DNA of 64,000 nt from Prasinococcaceae sp. CCMP 1430 (lineage: Eukaryota; Plantae; Prasinodermophyta): NCBI GenBank assembly GCA_013416795.1, contig RQSC01000002.1, positions 554,808-618,807 on the forward strand, in the 5' to 3' direction. Positions 44,431 through 55,973 of this stretch are shown here, piece by piece. Under the pieces are notes generated by a model. The model did no database searches, had not been told where the DNA came from, and saw only the letters and a program-made list of their open reading frames with translations. The position numbers and the translations under genes were made by a program. Numbering within the stretch: the first letter of the stretch is position 1; every line of letters starts with the position of its first letter.

Positions 44431-45994
44431 NNNNNNNNNNNNNNNNNNNNNNNNNNNNNNNNNNNNNNNNNNNNNNNNNNNNNNNNNNNNNNNNNNNNNN
44501 NNNNNNNNNNNNNNNNNNCCACACACGCGCACGCCCCCCCCCGCGCGCGCCGCCGCGCACCGCATGCACGCATCACCCCGCGCCGCAAAAAGCGCCCCGC
44601 GGAAACGCGACGGAATCTCCGCAAGATCTCAGTCCACAACCCCAAAAATTGCGCAATGTGACGTCACAATGCACTCAAAACACACGCGGATGTCACGCAG
44701 CAAACGCCGCGAATTGGAAAACCGACGCCACGCCGAAAGGCCCGTCTGTGTGTGTGTGCGTGTCAGCGTGTGTGTGTGTGTGTGGGAATGTGTGTGTGTT
44801 TTTCAGTGTGTGTGCGTGCAAAAAAATGCGTCGTGTCATGAGTCGTTTCCGTCGAAAACAACGGTGAATTTAGCGACAATTCGCATCGACTGCTCAAAAT
44901 AAATTAACATTGTGCATAAAAATCTCAACGCGCGCGTGTGTGAACGTGTGTGCGTACGCGTGTTTTTCCGCGCGCGCCGGCGGCGGCGCGGCGTGGTCCG
45001 GTGCGCCGCCAAGGGGCGCGCCGTTTTCGCCATCAGATCCGAATGCGGTTTTGCGCGCCGCGCCCCGCGGGCCCGCAGGGGGACAGCGCGCGCGCCCGAA
45101 TGCCGCCAAACACTGCTGGCAGGGCCTGCGGCGAGGGCGACGGGGCCAGCCACACCTCCGGGGTCACCTCCCGCTTGACCTGGGTCGGGCGTCACCTACG
45201 GCCTCACCCCCGGGCTGAAGTGCGCACGGCACGTGCAGTACTGTGTGTGCCGCTGGGCACGCACTGGACCGTACCGTATGTGCTCCGCACCGTCGAAGTG
45301 TTGCCACGGGAGGGGCCCGTTGGGTGCGGTTTGGGGTTCGGAGCCGTTTCGCGGTTTGGAGGGTTTGCGCACCCTAACCCCTAACCTCGTTATTTCGGCA
45401 TTGAGGGTTTTAATGAAGGGTTCGTATTTAGATGCATTTTCATCGGATGCCCCCGCACGGGCACACTCGAGCCGCGGGGGGGGGGGCGCAGCTGATAAAA
45501 TCTGACCGAAAAAAAAAAAAAAACGGCACCGGCGCGTGCGGTTTGACCTGCGCGAGCCGTTGCGATGCGGCAGCGAGGTGACGTCGAATGCGCGTTGGCA
45601 CGATGGGGGCCAAGGGAGTGGGGGTGAGAGGCTCCCGTGGTCGCATGTGACGTAAACGTGTCTTCACTGTCGTGGGCGATGCGCGCGGGCATTGGAGTTC
45701 CCCCGAGCGCAGCGCGGGGCGGCGGGCGGCGGGCAGCACGGGCGCAGGCGGGCCGCGAGACGAAGGTCCCGGCACGCGAGGAGCGTGTGCGTGTGGTGGG
45801 GGTGCTTGTGGTGTGGTGGGGGTGGGGGTGGAAGGTGCGCGTGCGGGTCCGCTGTGATCGAACGGGGGCCTGAAGCGGGCCGCAGCGCAGAGCAAGGCCC
45901 AACCACGGGCGGGCGACCCGGCCGGGGAGGGCAAAGCACGGGGGCGGGCGTTGTGAGGTTGCTGTGAGAGGTGCACGCATCCTCATCGGCAGCC

Positions 45995-48054
45995 ATGAAT
46001 CGATACAAGGTCCAGAAGATGCTTGGCGACGGCACGTACGGCTGCGTGTGGCGCGCCGTCAACCGGCAGACCTCAGAGGTGGTCGCCATCAAGAAGATGA
46101 AGCGCAAATTCTACAGCTGGGAGGAGTGCATGCAGCTCCGCGAGGTCAAGTCACTGCGTAAGCTCAACCATCCCAACGTGGTGAGGCTCAAGGAGGTCAT
46201 ACGCGAGAACGATGAGCTGCACCTAGTCTTCGAATTCATGGACAAAAACCTGTACCAGTGCACCAAGGACCGAGACAAGCTGCTGCAGGAGGGAAAGGTG
46301 CGCAACTGGGCCTTCCAGATCTTGCAAAGCCTCGCGTACGTGCACAAGCATGGCTACTTCCATAGGGACCTCAAACCCGAAAACCTGCTCGTGAGCTCAA
46401 GTCCGACGGGCGGTGACGTGGTCAAATTGGCAGACTTTGGCCTGGCACGCGAGATTCGCTCGCGCCCGCCGTACACCGACTACGTGTCCACCCGCCGGTA
46501 TCGCGCGCCAGAGGTTCTGTTGCGCTCGACACATTACAACTCGGCAATCGACGTGTGGGCCGCGGGCGCCATCCTGGCTGAGCTCTTCACGCTGCGGCCA
46601 CTCTTCCCGGGTTCGTCCGAGGCAGACGAGATTTACAAAATATGCAGCGTGGTTGGGACGCCCACCCAGCAGAGCTGGCCGGAGGGCTTGCGCCTGGCTG
46701 AGGCCATGAAATTCAAGATGCCTAAGTTCGCCCGCACACCGCTAGCGACACTTATCCCGACGGCATCCCCCGAGGCGATTGAGCTCATGGAGGCCATGAC
46801 ACGCTGGGACCCCGCCAAGAGACCTACGTGCGTGCAGTGCCTTCAGTTTCCCTTCTTCCAGGTAGGCATGAAGGTCCCGCGCGGCCCTTCGATGATCCCC
46901 GGTGGCGGCACTCGCGCGCGGCCGAGCTCGTACGGTTCGGGTGGTGCAGTCGGCGGTGACACGGGCGGGGCCAGGAATGGTGCGCCGCGTATGAACGACT
47001 GGGCAGGGACCAGAGCGCCGCTGGTTGCGGGCATGTCCAACACCATGGGCAGGTGCGCGCGCGCGAGTTTGTGCGCGCTGCACGCGCAGGCTCTGCAAAC
47101 GTGTCCTTGTGTCTCTGACACATTCGCGCAAACGCGTCTCTCGCATCCAGAAGCTATGGCAGTGCTACCAAGGCCGGCGGCGTGCTCGCCAAGGGCTCTA
47201 CTAACCATCAGGTGGGGCAGCGGGCGGGCGGAGGGATGCGCCCCGCTGGGGTAGGCGGAGGGGGCGGAGGCGGCGTGCTGGGTGGAAAGTTCGGTGGTGG
47301 GCTCGGCGGCGGGAGCGGCGCGCTTGGCGGAGGGGGCGGCGCGCTCGGGGGTACAGGCGATGTTCTCGGCGGTGCTGGCGACGTGCTCGGCGGCGGCGGG
47401 GGCGTGCTCGGCGGCGGTCGTGGTGGCGTGCTCGGTGGTGGTCGTGGTGGCGTGCTCGGCGGTGGTCGTGGTGGCCTGCTCGGCGGTGGCCGTGGTTCCG
47501 TGCTCGGCGGTGGCCGTGGTTCCGTGCTCGGCGGCGGCGGCGGCGTGCTAGGCGGTGGTCGTGGTGCCGTGCTCGGCGGCGGCGGAGGCGTGCTCGGCGG
47601 TGGTCGTGGTGGCGTGCTCGGTGGCGGTCGTGGTGGTCATAACCTGCAGGCGCGGCAGAGCGCGGGGCCGTATGGCGCAGCTCGTCACGGCTCGATAGAC
47701 CCTCTTGGAGGGGAAGGAGGAGGGCTGAGCCTGGGCCACAAGGCGGGAGCCAGCCGCGAGCGCTTCTCACGCGAGCGTAATAGCCGTGAGCGCAGCGGCG
47801 GCGGCGTGTTTGGCAACGCGGCAGGGGGCGTGCGCTCTTCACGCTTTCGCGCGGGTATGCCCGTCAAGCCACACGCGCTACCACCCATCGGCGCAGGCGG
47901 CCTGGGGGGCGTCAGCGTCGGTGGTGCTCCAAGGGCCCCAGGCGGTGGCGTTTGGCCCAACACTGGCGGCAAAGCTGGCCTCTATGGTGGCAACTATGGC
48001 GGCAACCACTCGAAGCCTCTGGGCGCACCATCGTACTCGGGCCCGTACAGATGA
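45995..48054 (+). CDS. MAK: MAK/ICK (RCK family) Ser/Thr kinase with Gly-rich tail (intron 47053-47150)
   Basis: [51 protein letters not shown]; splice joins the 47182-48054 frame. Confidence 0.92.
47340..47637 (+). repeat. Coding minisatellite (21-24 nt units) encoding GGVLGGG(R)
   Basis: About a dozen degenerate units such as ggtggcgtgctcggcggtggtcgt. Confidence 0.9.
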
Positions 48055-48319
48055 GCGGGAGTAGCCATGGCGCTCTCGTCGCATCGGCGATCAAGGGCCA
48101 GCAGCAAGGTGGACGCGGGCCCGAACGTACCGGCTTGAGGGACCGAGTAAAATCCAACCCGATGTGGTGCACACGGGATGCCGCGGCGGCAGCTTCGCTC
48201 GTGTCTGGAAAAGCGCCTTGCTAGAGAGCATCGCAGCGCATCCACGCTGCCTCCTCTCACTTGCCGGTGCTCAAAAATGAAAAGAATAGTACTAGTCGAA
48301 TGAATAGTCTCTTGAGCGC

Positions 48320-51300
48320 TCAATCGCCCGCCTGTTCGCACCCGATCGCAGCAAGGAAGTTTCGCGTGTTGCTAGCAGCCTTGCGCACAGCACTGTCTGC
48401 CGCGCGCACTGCGTGATTCGAGCGTCCGTCGCCCGCGGAGGAGAACGCAGCATACGCGCGGTACACCTTCGCTGCGAGTGGCCTTGTGTCGCCAGTACCC
48501 TGCGGCACGTACCGCTCACTGAGGGGTGAGCGCTGCCGCTCGAGCTCCGCAATTGCCGCCACGTGATCGAACGCTCTCCCGCCCAGCATAGGCATCTTGC
48601 TCAGCGCACTGACGACGCAGTGCGCGAGTCGAGCGAGCGTGAGTGCGCGCGCGTGAGAGAAATCACACCAGTCAGCGCACTCACGGTCGTACCACACGCG
48701 CACGTGCACCGTGGCACCTACGCACGCACACGGAATGCAGAGAGGCTGCCTGCAAGGCCAGGGTCGCAAAGCGGCGCATCTGGAAGCGCACCTCCCCCTG
48801 TCGTACTCGCACTCGCCGCCCAATGGTGTGGGCTGCACCACGAAAATACGTCGTCCGCTGAGCGGGTGCTCGCGCACGACCACGCCCTCCCACTTGTTTG
48901 TCACCCAATCGGGCATGCCGCCACCGTGTTGACCGCGTGCATAGTATCGTGGCAAGCATGCGCGGCTGAGGTCGCGCACGAAGGCAGCATCGGCGTCGTG
49001 TAGGTGGGCACGGCGGTCATTACCACCCCTGCTGTTCAGTAGCGCACCCTCCAGGATGGCTTCGGCTTTCGCGAGCACGTGCGCGCACGAGCGGTAGGGC
49101 TGATTTGCGAGCACAACAGGCGGCACCAGCGCGTCAGAAGTACCCGCGAGTTTGCGTGTGCGCGCACCACGCGATTGCACGCCCCGCCCACTCGGTGCCC
49201 GCGCGGGCGCTCTCGCCTCCGATCGGCCGCAGGCGGTAGCTTGTGCAGGACCCGCTCCCCCCGTGCCCATTGCCGAGACCCGCGCGAACTGCAGCGCGTC
49301 GTCCAGGTGCCTGAGCGTTTCGACAGCGAGAATTGCGCGAGATCGCGTGTTCCATCTGGCGGCCGCTGCGCGCTGGGGTACGCCAGGCCCACAGAAGGGC
49401 GCGGGATTGCGCACATCGACACGCACTTCTGGATCGAGGATGCGCGTCCCCAGATGCTGTGCGTCGAGTGTTCCGAACGGCATCGAACTGAGCACGCGCA
49501 AGACTTCGCTGAGCGCGTTGCGGTGTTCGTCGGAGAGGCCAGTTGGGACGCGAGGCGATGATCGCTCCTTATCGCCCTTCCTGCCACGGCGGGTGGCGCG
49601 CTCTTCCTCCGAGTCAGCGAGTCCGTCCGTGTGAGCGCTCGTGAGCGCATCCAGCCTCGCCCGCACGGCCTCTGCGACGAGCTCAAAAGCGCATTCGTAG
49701 CTGTCAGCCTCGAGCGACCCAGCAAGGCGTGCTGCAGCCACGGGGACCGCCAGGGTGAGGAGTGCCGTGGCCACGTGATGGGGCCGGTCGACGCCAGCGG
49801 CGGCATCCAGTGCCACCGCGCAGGCCACCATCGACTCGAAGACGCGTTCCGTACACACGTCTTTCATTGCGCTGCCGTCTGCGTCTGAGGTTGCGTTGCT
49901 CGCCTCTTGCGCATCTGCGGAAGCCTCGATCGCTCGCGCCTGCACAGGCAACAAGTAAGGCAGCAGACCGAGCTCGCGCAACAGGTAGAGGCTCTCCGCG
50001 GCTTTGCCGTAGCAGAGCAGGCTGCCTACCTCCTTCTGCAGCCGCGAGGCGTTTTCGTCCGCGAGCAGGTGTGCACGCGCGCGCACCGCCTGCGCGACTG
50101 CACTAGGAAACCAACCACCGATGCGCGTGGCCACGCGAACCGCCCGCAGCATGCAGGGTGGATCGTCGCGGAAGAGTGACATGGGGTGGTCGATGGTGTC
50201 GACGCGACGCTCCTGCAAGTCACGCAACCCACCGACCGCGTCGTAAACGACATTGGCCTGCGTGTCCCAAGTGAGGCCGTTCACCGTGAAGTCGCGCGTG
50301 ATCATGTTCTGCACCCACTCCGCGTCGAGCGCGGACGGACCGGCAACGACCGCGCCTTGTGCGCTCTCAGATGAGCTTTCGGGTCGCCCACGCGGGCCAG
50401 CATCGGGGACGAGCTCGAGCGAGGCGGCCGCATCCTCGGCAATGGCACGCGCGGCTCGTGCGTTGCGCACGTTTGCACGGTGTGGCCGCCGCCTATCGCT
50501 AGCGGCTCCCAGGGTATCGCGTGCGCCCAGCTCGAATGTCTCGCCAGCGGCGCTGCCAGCGCCCTTGCCAGCACCCCCGCGGGTCTGCACAATAACAAGC
50601 TGTAGCGTGCGACCGAGGATGCGCGTGCGAAATGGCGGCTTTGAGAGCGAACGCACGGCTTCCGCGGGGCTGACGTCGGTGGTGACGTCTATGTCCTTGG
50701 GCGTCGCACCCAGCAAAATGTCGCGCACGGCACCGCCCTGCACGTACGCCGCCGCACCGGACTCTGCCAGCACGCCCACGCACTGACGAATGGAGCGCGG
50801 TATGCACGCACGCGCGTCGAGAAGGTGCGTGCGCGCGCCGTAGGCAGCGAGGCCCATAAAGCGCGGGTAGGCCTCGTCTAGCGACCCAGCTGCATCCTGC
50901 AGGCGACCTGCCTCGGGCAAGCGCTCTCTCGCGCTCGCGCTCGCGCTCTCACTCGCCGCTCGCCGCTGCATTTCCTGCGTCCGCCGCCCCTGGTGCTCAT
51001 TCTCATCCTCCCACTGCTGCTGCTGCTGCTGCTGCTGACGCCGCCGCGCGACGCTTTGCCGCCGCCCGAGCGCGTCAAGATGCCCAAGAACGTCGCGGAA
51101 GTCGCCGCCGAGCGTGACGCGATGCTCTGCTCCATCCGAGCCCGCACCGACGGCGTCGGCAGCGAGTTTGGCCGCGCCATCCACTATGAGGTCGGCCCAG
51201 GCCATGCCATTGAGCGCGGAAGCTGCAGCGCTCGCGCACGCGGTGTTTGCGACGCGCACCTGCGCGGCGCCCGTTGCACCCACGCGCGGCGGGCGATGGA

Positions 51301-51409
51301 TGACCATCTGCGCCGCAGCGCTCGCCCCGGCGTGCGGCGCGAGTGCTGCAGCGAGCGCGGCAGCTCCGACTTCCGGCCCGACGTTTTCAACGAAGACCGT
51401 GTCGCCCAT
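48320..51409 (-). CDS. Class II nucleotidyltransferase (bacterial PcnB-like poly(A) polymerase / CCA family) with N-terminal RRM-like domain; probable intron 48609-48791
   Basis: YVQGGAVRDILLGATPKDIDVTT, ILGRTLQLVIV, RDFTVNGL, FRDDPPCMLRAVR; N-terminal TVFVENVG..ALNG; frame stays open upstream to 51694. Confidence 0.85.
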   Translation of the reverse strand: MGDTVFVENVGPEVGAAALAAALAPHAGASAAAQMVIHRPPRVGATGAAQVRVANTACASAAASALNGMAWADLIVDGAAKLAADAVGAGSDGAEHRVTLGGDFRDVLGHLDALGRRQSVARRRQQQQQQQQWEDENEHQGRRTQEMQRRAASESASASARERLPEAGRLQDAAGSLDEAYPRFMGLAAYGARTHLLDARACIPRSIRQCVGVLAESGAAAYVQGGAVRDILLGATPKDIDVTTDVSPAEAVRSLSKPPFRTRILGRTLQLVIVQTRGGAGKGAGSAAGETFELGARDTLGAASDRRRPHRANVRNARAARAIAEDAAASLELVPDAGPRGRPESSSESAQGAVVAGPSALDAEWVQNMITRDFTVNGLTWDTQANVVYDAVGGLRDLQERRVDTIDHPMSLFRDDPPCMLRAVRVATRIGGWFPSAVAQAVRARAHLLADENASRLQKEVGSLLCYGKAAESLYLLRELGLLPYLLPVQARAIEASADAQEASNATSDADGSAMKDVCTERVFESMVACAVALDAAAGVDRPHHVATALLTLAVPVAAARLAGSLEADSYECAFELVAEAVRARLDALTSAHTDGLADSEEERATRRGRKGDKERSSPRVPTGLSDEHRNALSEVLRVLSSMPFGTLDAQHLGTRILDPEVRVDVRNPAPFCGPGVPQRAAAARWNTRSRAILAVETLRHLDDALQFARVSAMGTGGAGPAQATACGRSEARAPARAPSGRGVQSRGARTRKLAGTSDALVPPVVLANQPYRSCAHVLAKAEAILEGALLNSRGGNDRRAHLHDADAAFVRDLSRACLPRYYARGQHGGGMPDWVTNKWEGVVVREHPLSGRRIFVVQPTPLGGECEYDRGRCASRCAALRPWPCRQPLCIPCACVGATVHVRVWYDRECADWCDFSHARALTLARLAHCVVSALSKMPMLGGRAFDHVAAIAELERQRSPLSERYVPQGTGDTRPLAAKVYRAYAAFSSAGDGRSNHAVRAADSAVRKAASNTRNFLAAIGCEQAGD

Positions 51410-52582
51410 GGCCTCGGCGCGCAGCGCCTGCGTACCACTCTTGGCCTGCTCTCGGCCCAGCGGTGCTCGCCGGCGGCGCGGTTGCTGGTGCTGGGCGGCT
51501 CCGCTGGTGCGCGCCGGCCGCTCCGCTGCGTCCCTCAGCCTCGCCGCGCGGTCCTTGCGCGCGAGGGCGAGCGCCTCCCTGTGGTGCTGCCCCCACCGCC
51601 GCGGGAGCTGCAGGCTGGCAGCAGCAAGCAGCAGCAGAGCCTGCAGCAGAGCCTGCAGAGGGCCTCGATATCGATCTCGGTCGGAAGGTTCCAAAAGCCC
51701 AATCCAATTCCGGACCAGAAGCAGGCCGTCAGCGACGCGGAGTCACATTCGTCCACGGTACAATGCTCCGCAGCACTCTTTCATAATCAATCAATCCAAA
51801 GTCAGAGTCAACGAGCCAGCACGCACGCCACGAGCGAACGACGAGCGCAGAAGGAAAAGTGTGGCGTCCCTTGCCAAAGGCGGATGTACTCCCGCGTGGG
51901 ATTCACCAGCATGAGTCAGAGAGAGTGGGATTGAAGGAGTGAACCACCCCGAATGCAAATGCTGATGACTGAGTGAAGGGGGATTGCGCGGGAGCGCGCC
52001 GCGCGCGCCATTGCGCGCGCGGCAGCCAGAGTCCTACAAGAGGCAAGCCGGAATGTGTGGATGGTGCGGGATGGGGGGAAAGGAAGGGGGGTGGGTGCGG
52101 GGGAGGAAGAGGACGCGGCCCCCGCCTGCGCGCTCTCTGGCGCCGCCGCCTCGCCGGCCGAGAGCCTCGAGCCCCGAGCAATTCGAACCCTTTTCCCATC
52201 ACCCTAAAACACACCCCAAACTGCGGGGACCGCCGCGCGCGCACGCGCGCTGCGCCGGTGCATATCCGAATCGGGAGGCGCCGAACCCCCAACCGCCCCG
52301 CCCCCGCTCGCGCATCAGATCGCACCCGGCTCAACCCAACGATCCAAACCCTACCGCAAATATCACACCCCGGCCGCGCGCGCATGCGCGCGCGCGCGCG
52401 CGCGCGCGCGCGGCCACCGCCGAAACCTCAACCCGGCCCCGCNCCGACGCCCGTGGCGGGGTCTCGCGCCGGGCGGTCGGAGCGTGTGAGTTGGGGGGAG
52501 GGTGGTGGGGGTGGGGCGGGTGGGGGCGCCGCGGACACGAGGAGGGAGGCCGCGCCGTCGGTGAGAGGGGCGCAAGCGAGCG

Positions 52583-53293
52583 ATGGCTTCGCGGTGTGCG
52601 TGCTCGATGGTGGCCCCGCGTGGGACCGGGGGCCATCGCGGCACATATGGCGGCACGGCGCAGCGCTCGCGGCCGCCGGTGCGGCGGCCGCGGCGTTCGG
52701 GGACGGCCAGCGCCGCCGGGGTGGAGACGAGCAAGAGCTCGGCGGGCAAGAGCTCGCCCGAGTGGTGGACGATGAACAGCGCCCCCAACATGGTCGACGT
52801 GGGTTCGACCGTTGAGTTCGTCGACGCGCTCGCGAACGCAGGGGACAAACTTGTGGTAGCCGACTTCTACGCGACGTGGTGCGGCGCGTGCCGCGCGCTC
52901 TACCCGAAGCTCTGTCAGATCGCGACCAAGAATCCCGACGTGATTTTCCTCAAGGTGAATCTCGCCGAAAACAAGAAGATGTGCAAGCAGCTCGGCGTCA
53001 AGATGCTGCCGTACTTCCACCTGTACCGCGGCCGGCGCGGCAAGATAGCACAGTTCACCTGTAGCATCTCAAAGGTGAAGCGACTGCGCGACGCCATCAG
53101 CGAGCACACCGGGGAGAATTGGGACGCGGATGGGCCTTTGCGGCACGACGCCGACGTGACGGCCGAGCTCGCCGCGCTGCTCAGCGGCGAGGCGAGCAGC
53201 GTCAGCAGCGATCCGGATGGGTTGGGGAGCGAAAGCGACGGAAACTCCACTAATCCCGCGGCGGGCGCGGCTCCTGCACGCACCGACAAGTAG
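52583..53293 (+). CDS. Plastid thioredoxin-like protein, Lilium/ACHT type
   Basis: Transit-like leader, WW...APNM, AGDKLVVADFYATWCGACRALYPKLCQ, LPYFHLYRG, FTCSISK. Confidence 0.92.
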   Translation: MASRCACSMVAPRGTGGHRGTYGGTAQRSRPPVRRPRRSGTASAAGVETSKSSAGKSSPEWWTMNSAPNMVDVGSTVEFVDALANAGDKLVVADFYATWCGACRALYPKLCQIATKNPDVIFLKVNLAENKKMCKQLGVKMLPYFHLYRGRRGKIAQFTCSISKVKRLRDAISEHTGENWDADGPLRHDADVTAELAALLSGEASSVSSDPDGLGSESDGNSTNPAAGAAPARTDK

Positions 53294-53824
53294 TGCCCGT
53301 GCGCGTCTCGCGCTGCTCATGACGCACTGACAGAGCAGGCGGCGACCACATATCTTGGTGGGCGACGTCTTTGGCATTGGTCATTGGATTAATTACAGTA
53401 CACACATTTCGTACACAGCTGCTCACGCGCCTTGTGCCGCCAGTGCCTTGGCGTTGCCACGCGCAGCGCGTCAGCGGCGCCCTCCTGCGACGCGAGCGCT
53501 TCCGCTTCGACGCGCAGCTGCTGGGCGAGGAAGACGTCACCTCCTTCGCGTGTCTCCTCGCCCGCCTGGCGCGCCGGCGTCCGACTCCGAGGGCGTCATG
53601 CGCATACGAGACGCGGCGAGGCCGGTGGCGTTGGCATTTCGCACCCGCGCGGCTTGAATGGCACATGCGAAGCACAAGCGGTGGGCGCACAGCGCCCCTG
53701 CCATCAGCGTGGAGGCGGCGCGAGAGCGCGTGGATACATATACAGCGCCACTTACGGGTACCAGACCTGCGGAGCGACTGCGGCGCGACAGTCGCGCGGT
53801 GCGAGGTGCGGGCGCGAGGGCGCA

Positions 53825-54939
53825 TCAGACGCCCCACTTCTTGACCGCGTAGTCGACGAGCCCGTTGGTGTACAGGTGCTGCTGGAAGGCGTAGCACTTC
53901 TTGATCGGATGGTGGAGCAGCCAACCGTTGCCCAGGTCCCTCCCGTGCACGTCCGTAAAGTTCCAGGCCTCCTGGTACAGCTGCTCCATGTCATGCGCGA
54001 GCGTAAGCGCCTCACCTTCCATGAAGCAGCTTCCCTTGCGCCTCGAGCGCGGATGCTGCACACCCTCGCCGCTCGCGAGCCTCTCCAGCTGCCTCATCAC
54101 GCGGGACACGTTTGTCTCTGACGCGGGCCTGTCGAACCACTCGCAGTGCCACTTGTCGGTCTCAAGGAAGGCGCGCATGCCCTCGAGCAGGTCCACCTTG
54201 TGGAGTTTCGCCAGCGTCTCCTCTGGCAGCGATGCCAGCTCGAAGGTCCACTCCTTGCGGCGGCGGCGCACCCTGACCTCATCCTCGCTGTCTTCGTCGG
54301 TGTCGACGTCTGTCTCCGCGTCCGGGTCCACGTAGCGCACGCGGCGCTTGTTGCGCGGCTCCAGCCCCGCAAGCTGCAGGTCGAGCTGCGACATCTTGGA
54401 CGGGTCGACCTCGGCGACCTGCTTGCGCTGGCGGCGCGAGCGGCGCGCCTCGGCGTCCGGATCGGCCTGTGCGGAGCGCTTCCGCTTCAGGGGGGCCTTG
54501 GTCCGCTTTGGCTTTGCGCACACTTTCTGCGCGAACGCGGGCGGGGGAGCGCGCGCCGGGGCGGCGGGAGTCAGCGCCATGGCAAGTGCGCGGGGAAGAG
54601 ACGCGAACAAGCGAGCACACCTCGGCTGGCCGGTCGAGTGTCTGTCGCGCAAGGGTTGGTTGGTTGGGGTGGTTGGGAAGGTTGGTTGGTTGGGTGGGTG
54701 GGGAAGAAGGGACGGAGCTAATGACGCACCTCTAGCTTCTGCTTCGCATCGAAGAGCTTGAACTGCTTCATCTTCGCGAGGTTGGCTGCGATTCTGGCGT
54801 TGCGCTCCGCCTCGTAGGGGTTGGCCGCCGCCTTGGTCATCGCGTTGGCCGCCGCCGCGGCGAAGCCCGTCGCCTTCTTCGCGGGCGACGCGGGCGGCGC
54901 GCCGGCCTTGCGCGCGCGGAAGAGGGGCATCACGGCCAT
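53825..54939 (-). CDS. Uncharacterised basic, probably nuclear protein (exons 54730-54939, 53825-54526)
   Basis: NPYEAERNARIAANLAKM motif, NLS-like KRKR, globular C-terminus HGRDLGNGWLLHHPIKKC; in-frame GT-AG intron. Confidence 0.75.
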
Positions 54940-55311
54940 GGCCGCACGCCCTGCCCCGCGCGACGCGACGAGGGGGGCGCAGGGAAAAGGGGCGAGGCTG
55001 CGGTGGGGTTGGGATGGTAACCGCAGTGGCGCCTCTCGCGCAGCGCCGCCGCCCCCCCCCCCTCCCCGGCCCCCTCGCGCCCCGTGCCCCGCGCCCCGAC
55101 GCCGCGCCCCTTTTCCCGCCAAAAGCGGACGCCCCATCAAACCGCACGCGTCCCCCGGCCGTCACCCACGCAACACTCCGCGCCTCCGTAACGACACATC
55201 AGTTCGCAGGCGCTGGCGCGCAGCGCGTGGCGGCTGACCTCCCACCGACCGCACCGACGCTCGTCCATCAGTACTACAGAAAGAACAAGCCAGATCCAGA
55301 TCGACGTGCGT

Positions 55312-55586
55312 CGTCGGTCGTGCGACGTGCCAATTCCGGATCCAATCACCGCTCACATTCGATTCGGAGGGCGCGGACCGTCGATCGGCGCGGGAGTCGC
55401 GAGGATCTTTTTCCCGCGTCTGAGGACAGACTGCTGCGCTGCGAGGCACCGTCGGTCGTGCGACGTGCCAATTCCGGATCCAATCACCGCTCACATTCGA
55501 TTCGGAGGGCGCGGACCGTCGATCGGGGCGGGCGTCGCGAGGATCTTTTTCCCGCGTCTGAGGCCAGACTGCTGCGCTGCGAGGCA
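55312..55586. repeat. Tandem duplication, 138-bp period, 2 copies
   Basis: Copies start at 55312 and 55450; about 3 substitutions by eye. Confidence 0.92.
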
Positions 55587-55973
55587 AGTTCGCGCTCGTG
55601 GCCCGCGCGCGTCTGCGCGCGCGCGAGCGAGGAATTTCGCGTGTGTGCGGGATCTTTTCGCCGGGACGCTCCCAACCCCAACCCGAAACGCGGCGGGGGG
55701 GCCGCCGCCCCCCCCGCGGCGAGGTGCGGCCGCACCCGGCCGGGCGCGGGACTCAAACCCTGATGAGGAATTGAACCGGAATGTGCGCGGGAGGCTGGGA
55801 ACGCCCCCGGGGGGAAAACGCGGGGGGGCAAAAGGGCGCCACTGCGCGCGCGCCGCGGCTGCGGCGGGGCGCGGGGCCTCGGCCCTTCCGCGGGCGCGGG
55901 CGGCGCAGACGGCGGGGCGGCCTCGCTTCCCGAGCTCGAGGTCGCGCGCGTGCCCGCAGGCGCGCCCGCGGGC

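Noticed and set aside
48609-48791. In-frame Cys-rich segment containing WCDFSH
   Set aside because: Has a GTGCGC donor, CTGAC branch-like motif and CAG acceptor, and is 183 nt long; better read as an intron
53371-53844. Coding-looking ORFs between convergent genes
   Set aside because: No convincing ATG or motif; lies within the probable 3' UTR ending at TGTAA 53393-53397
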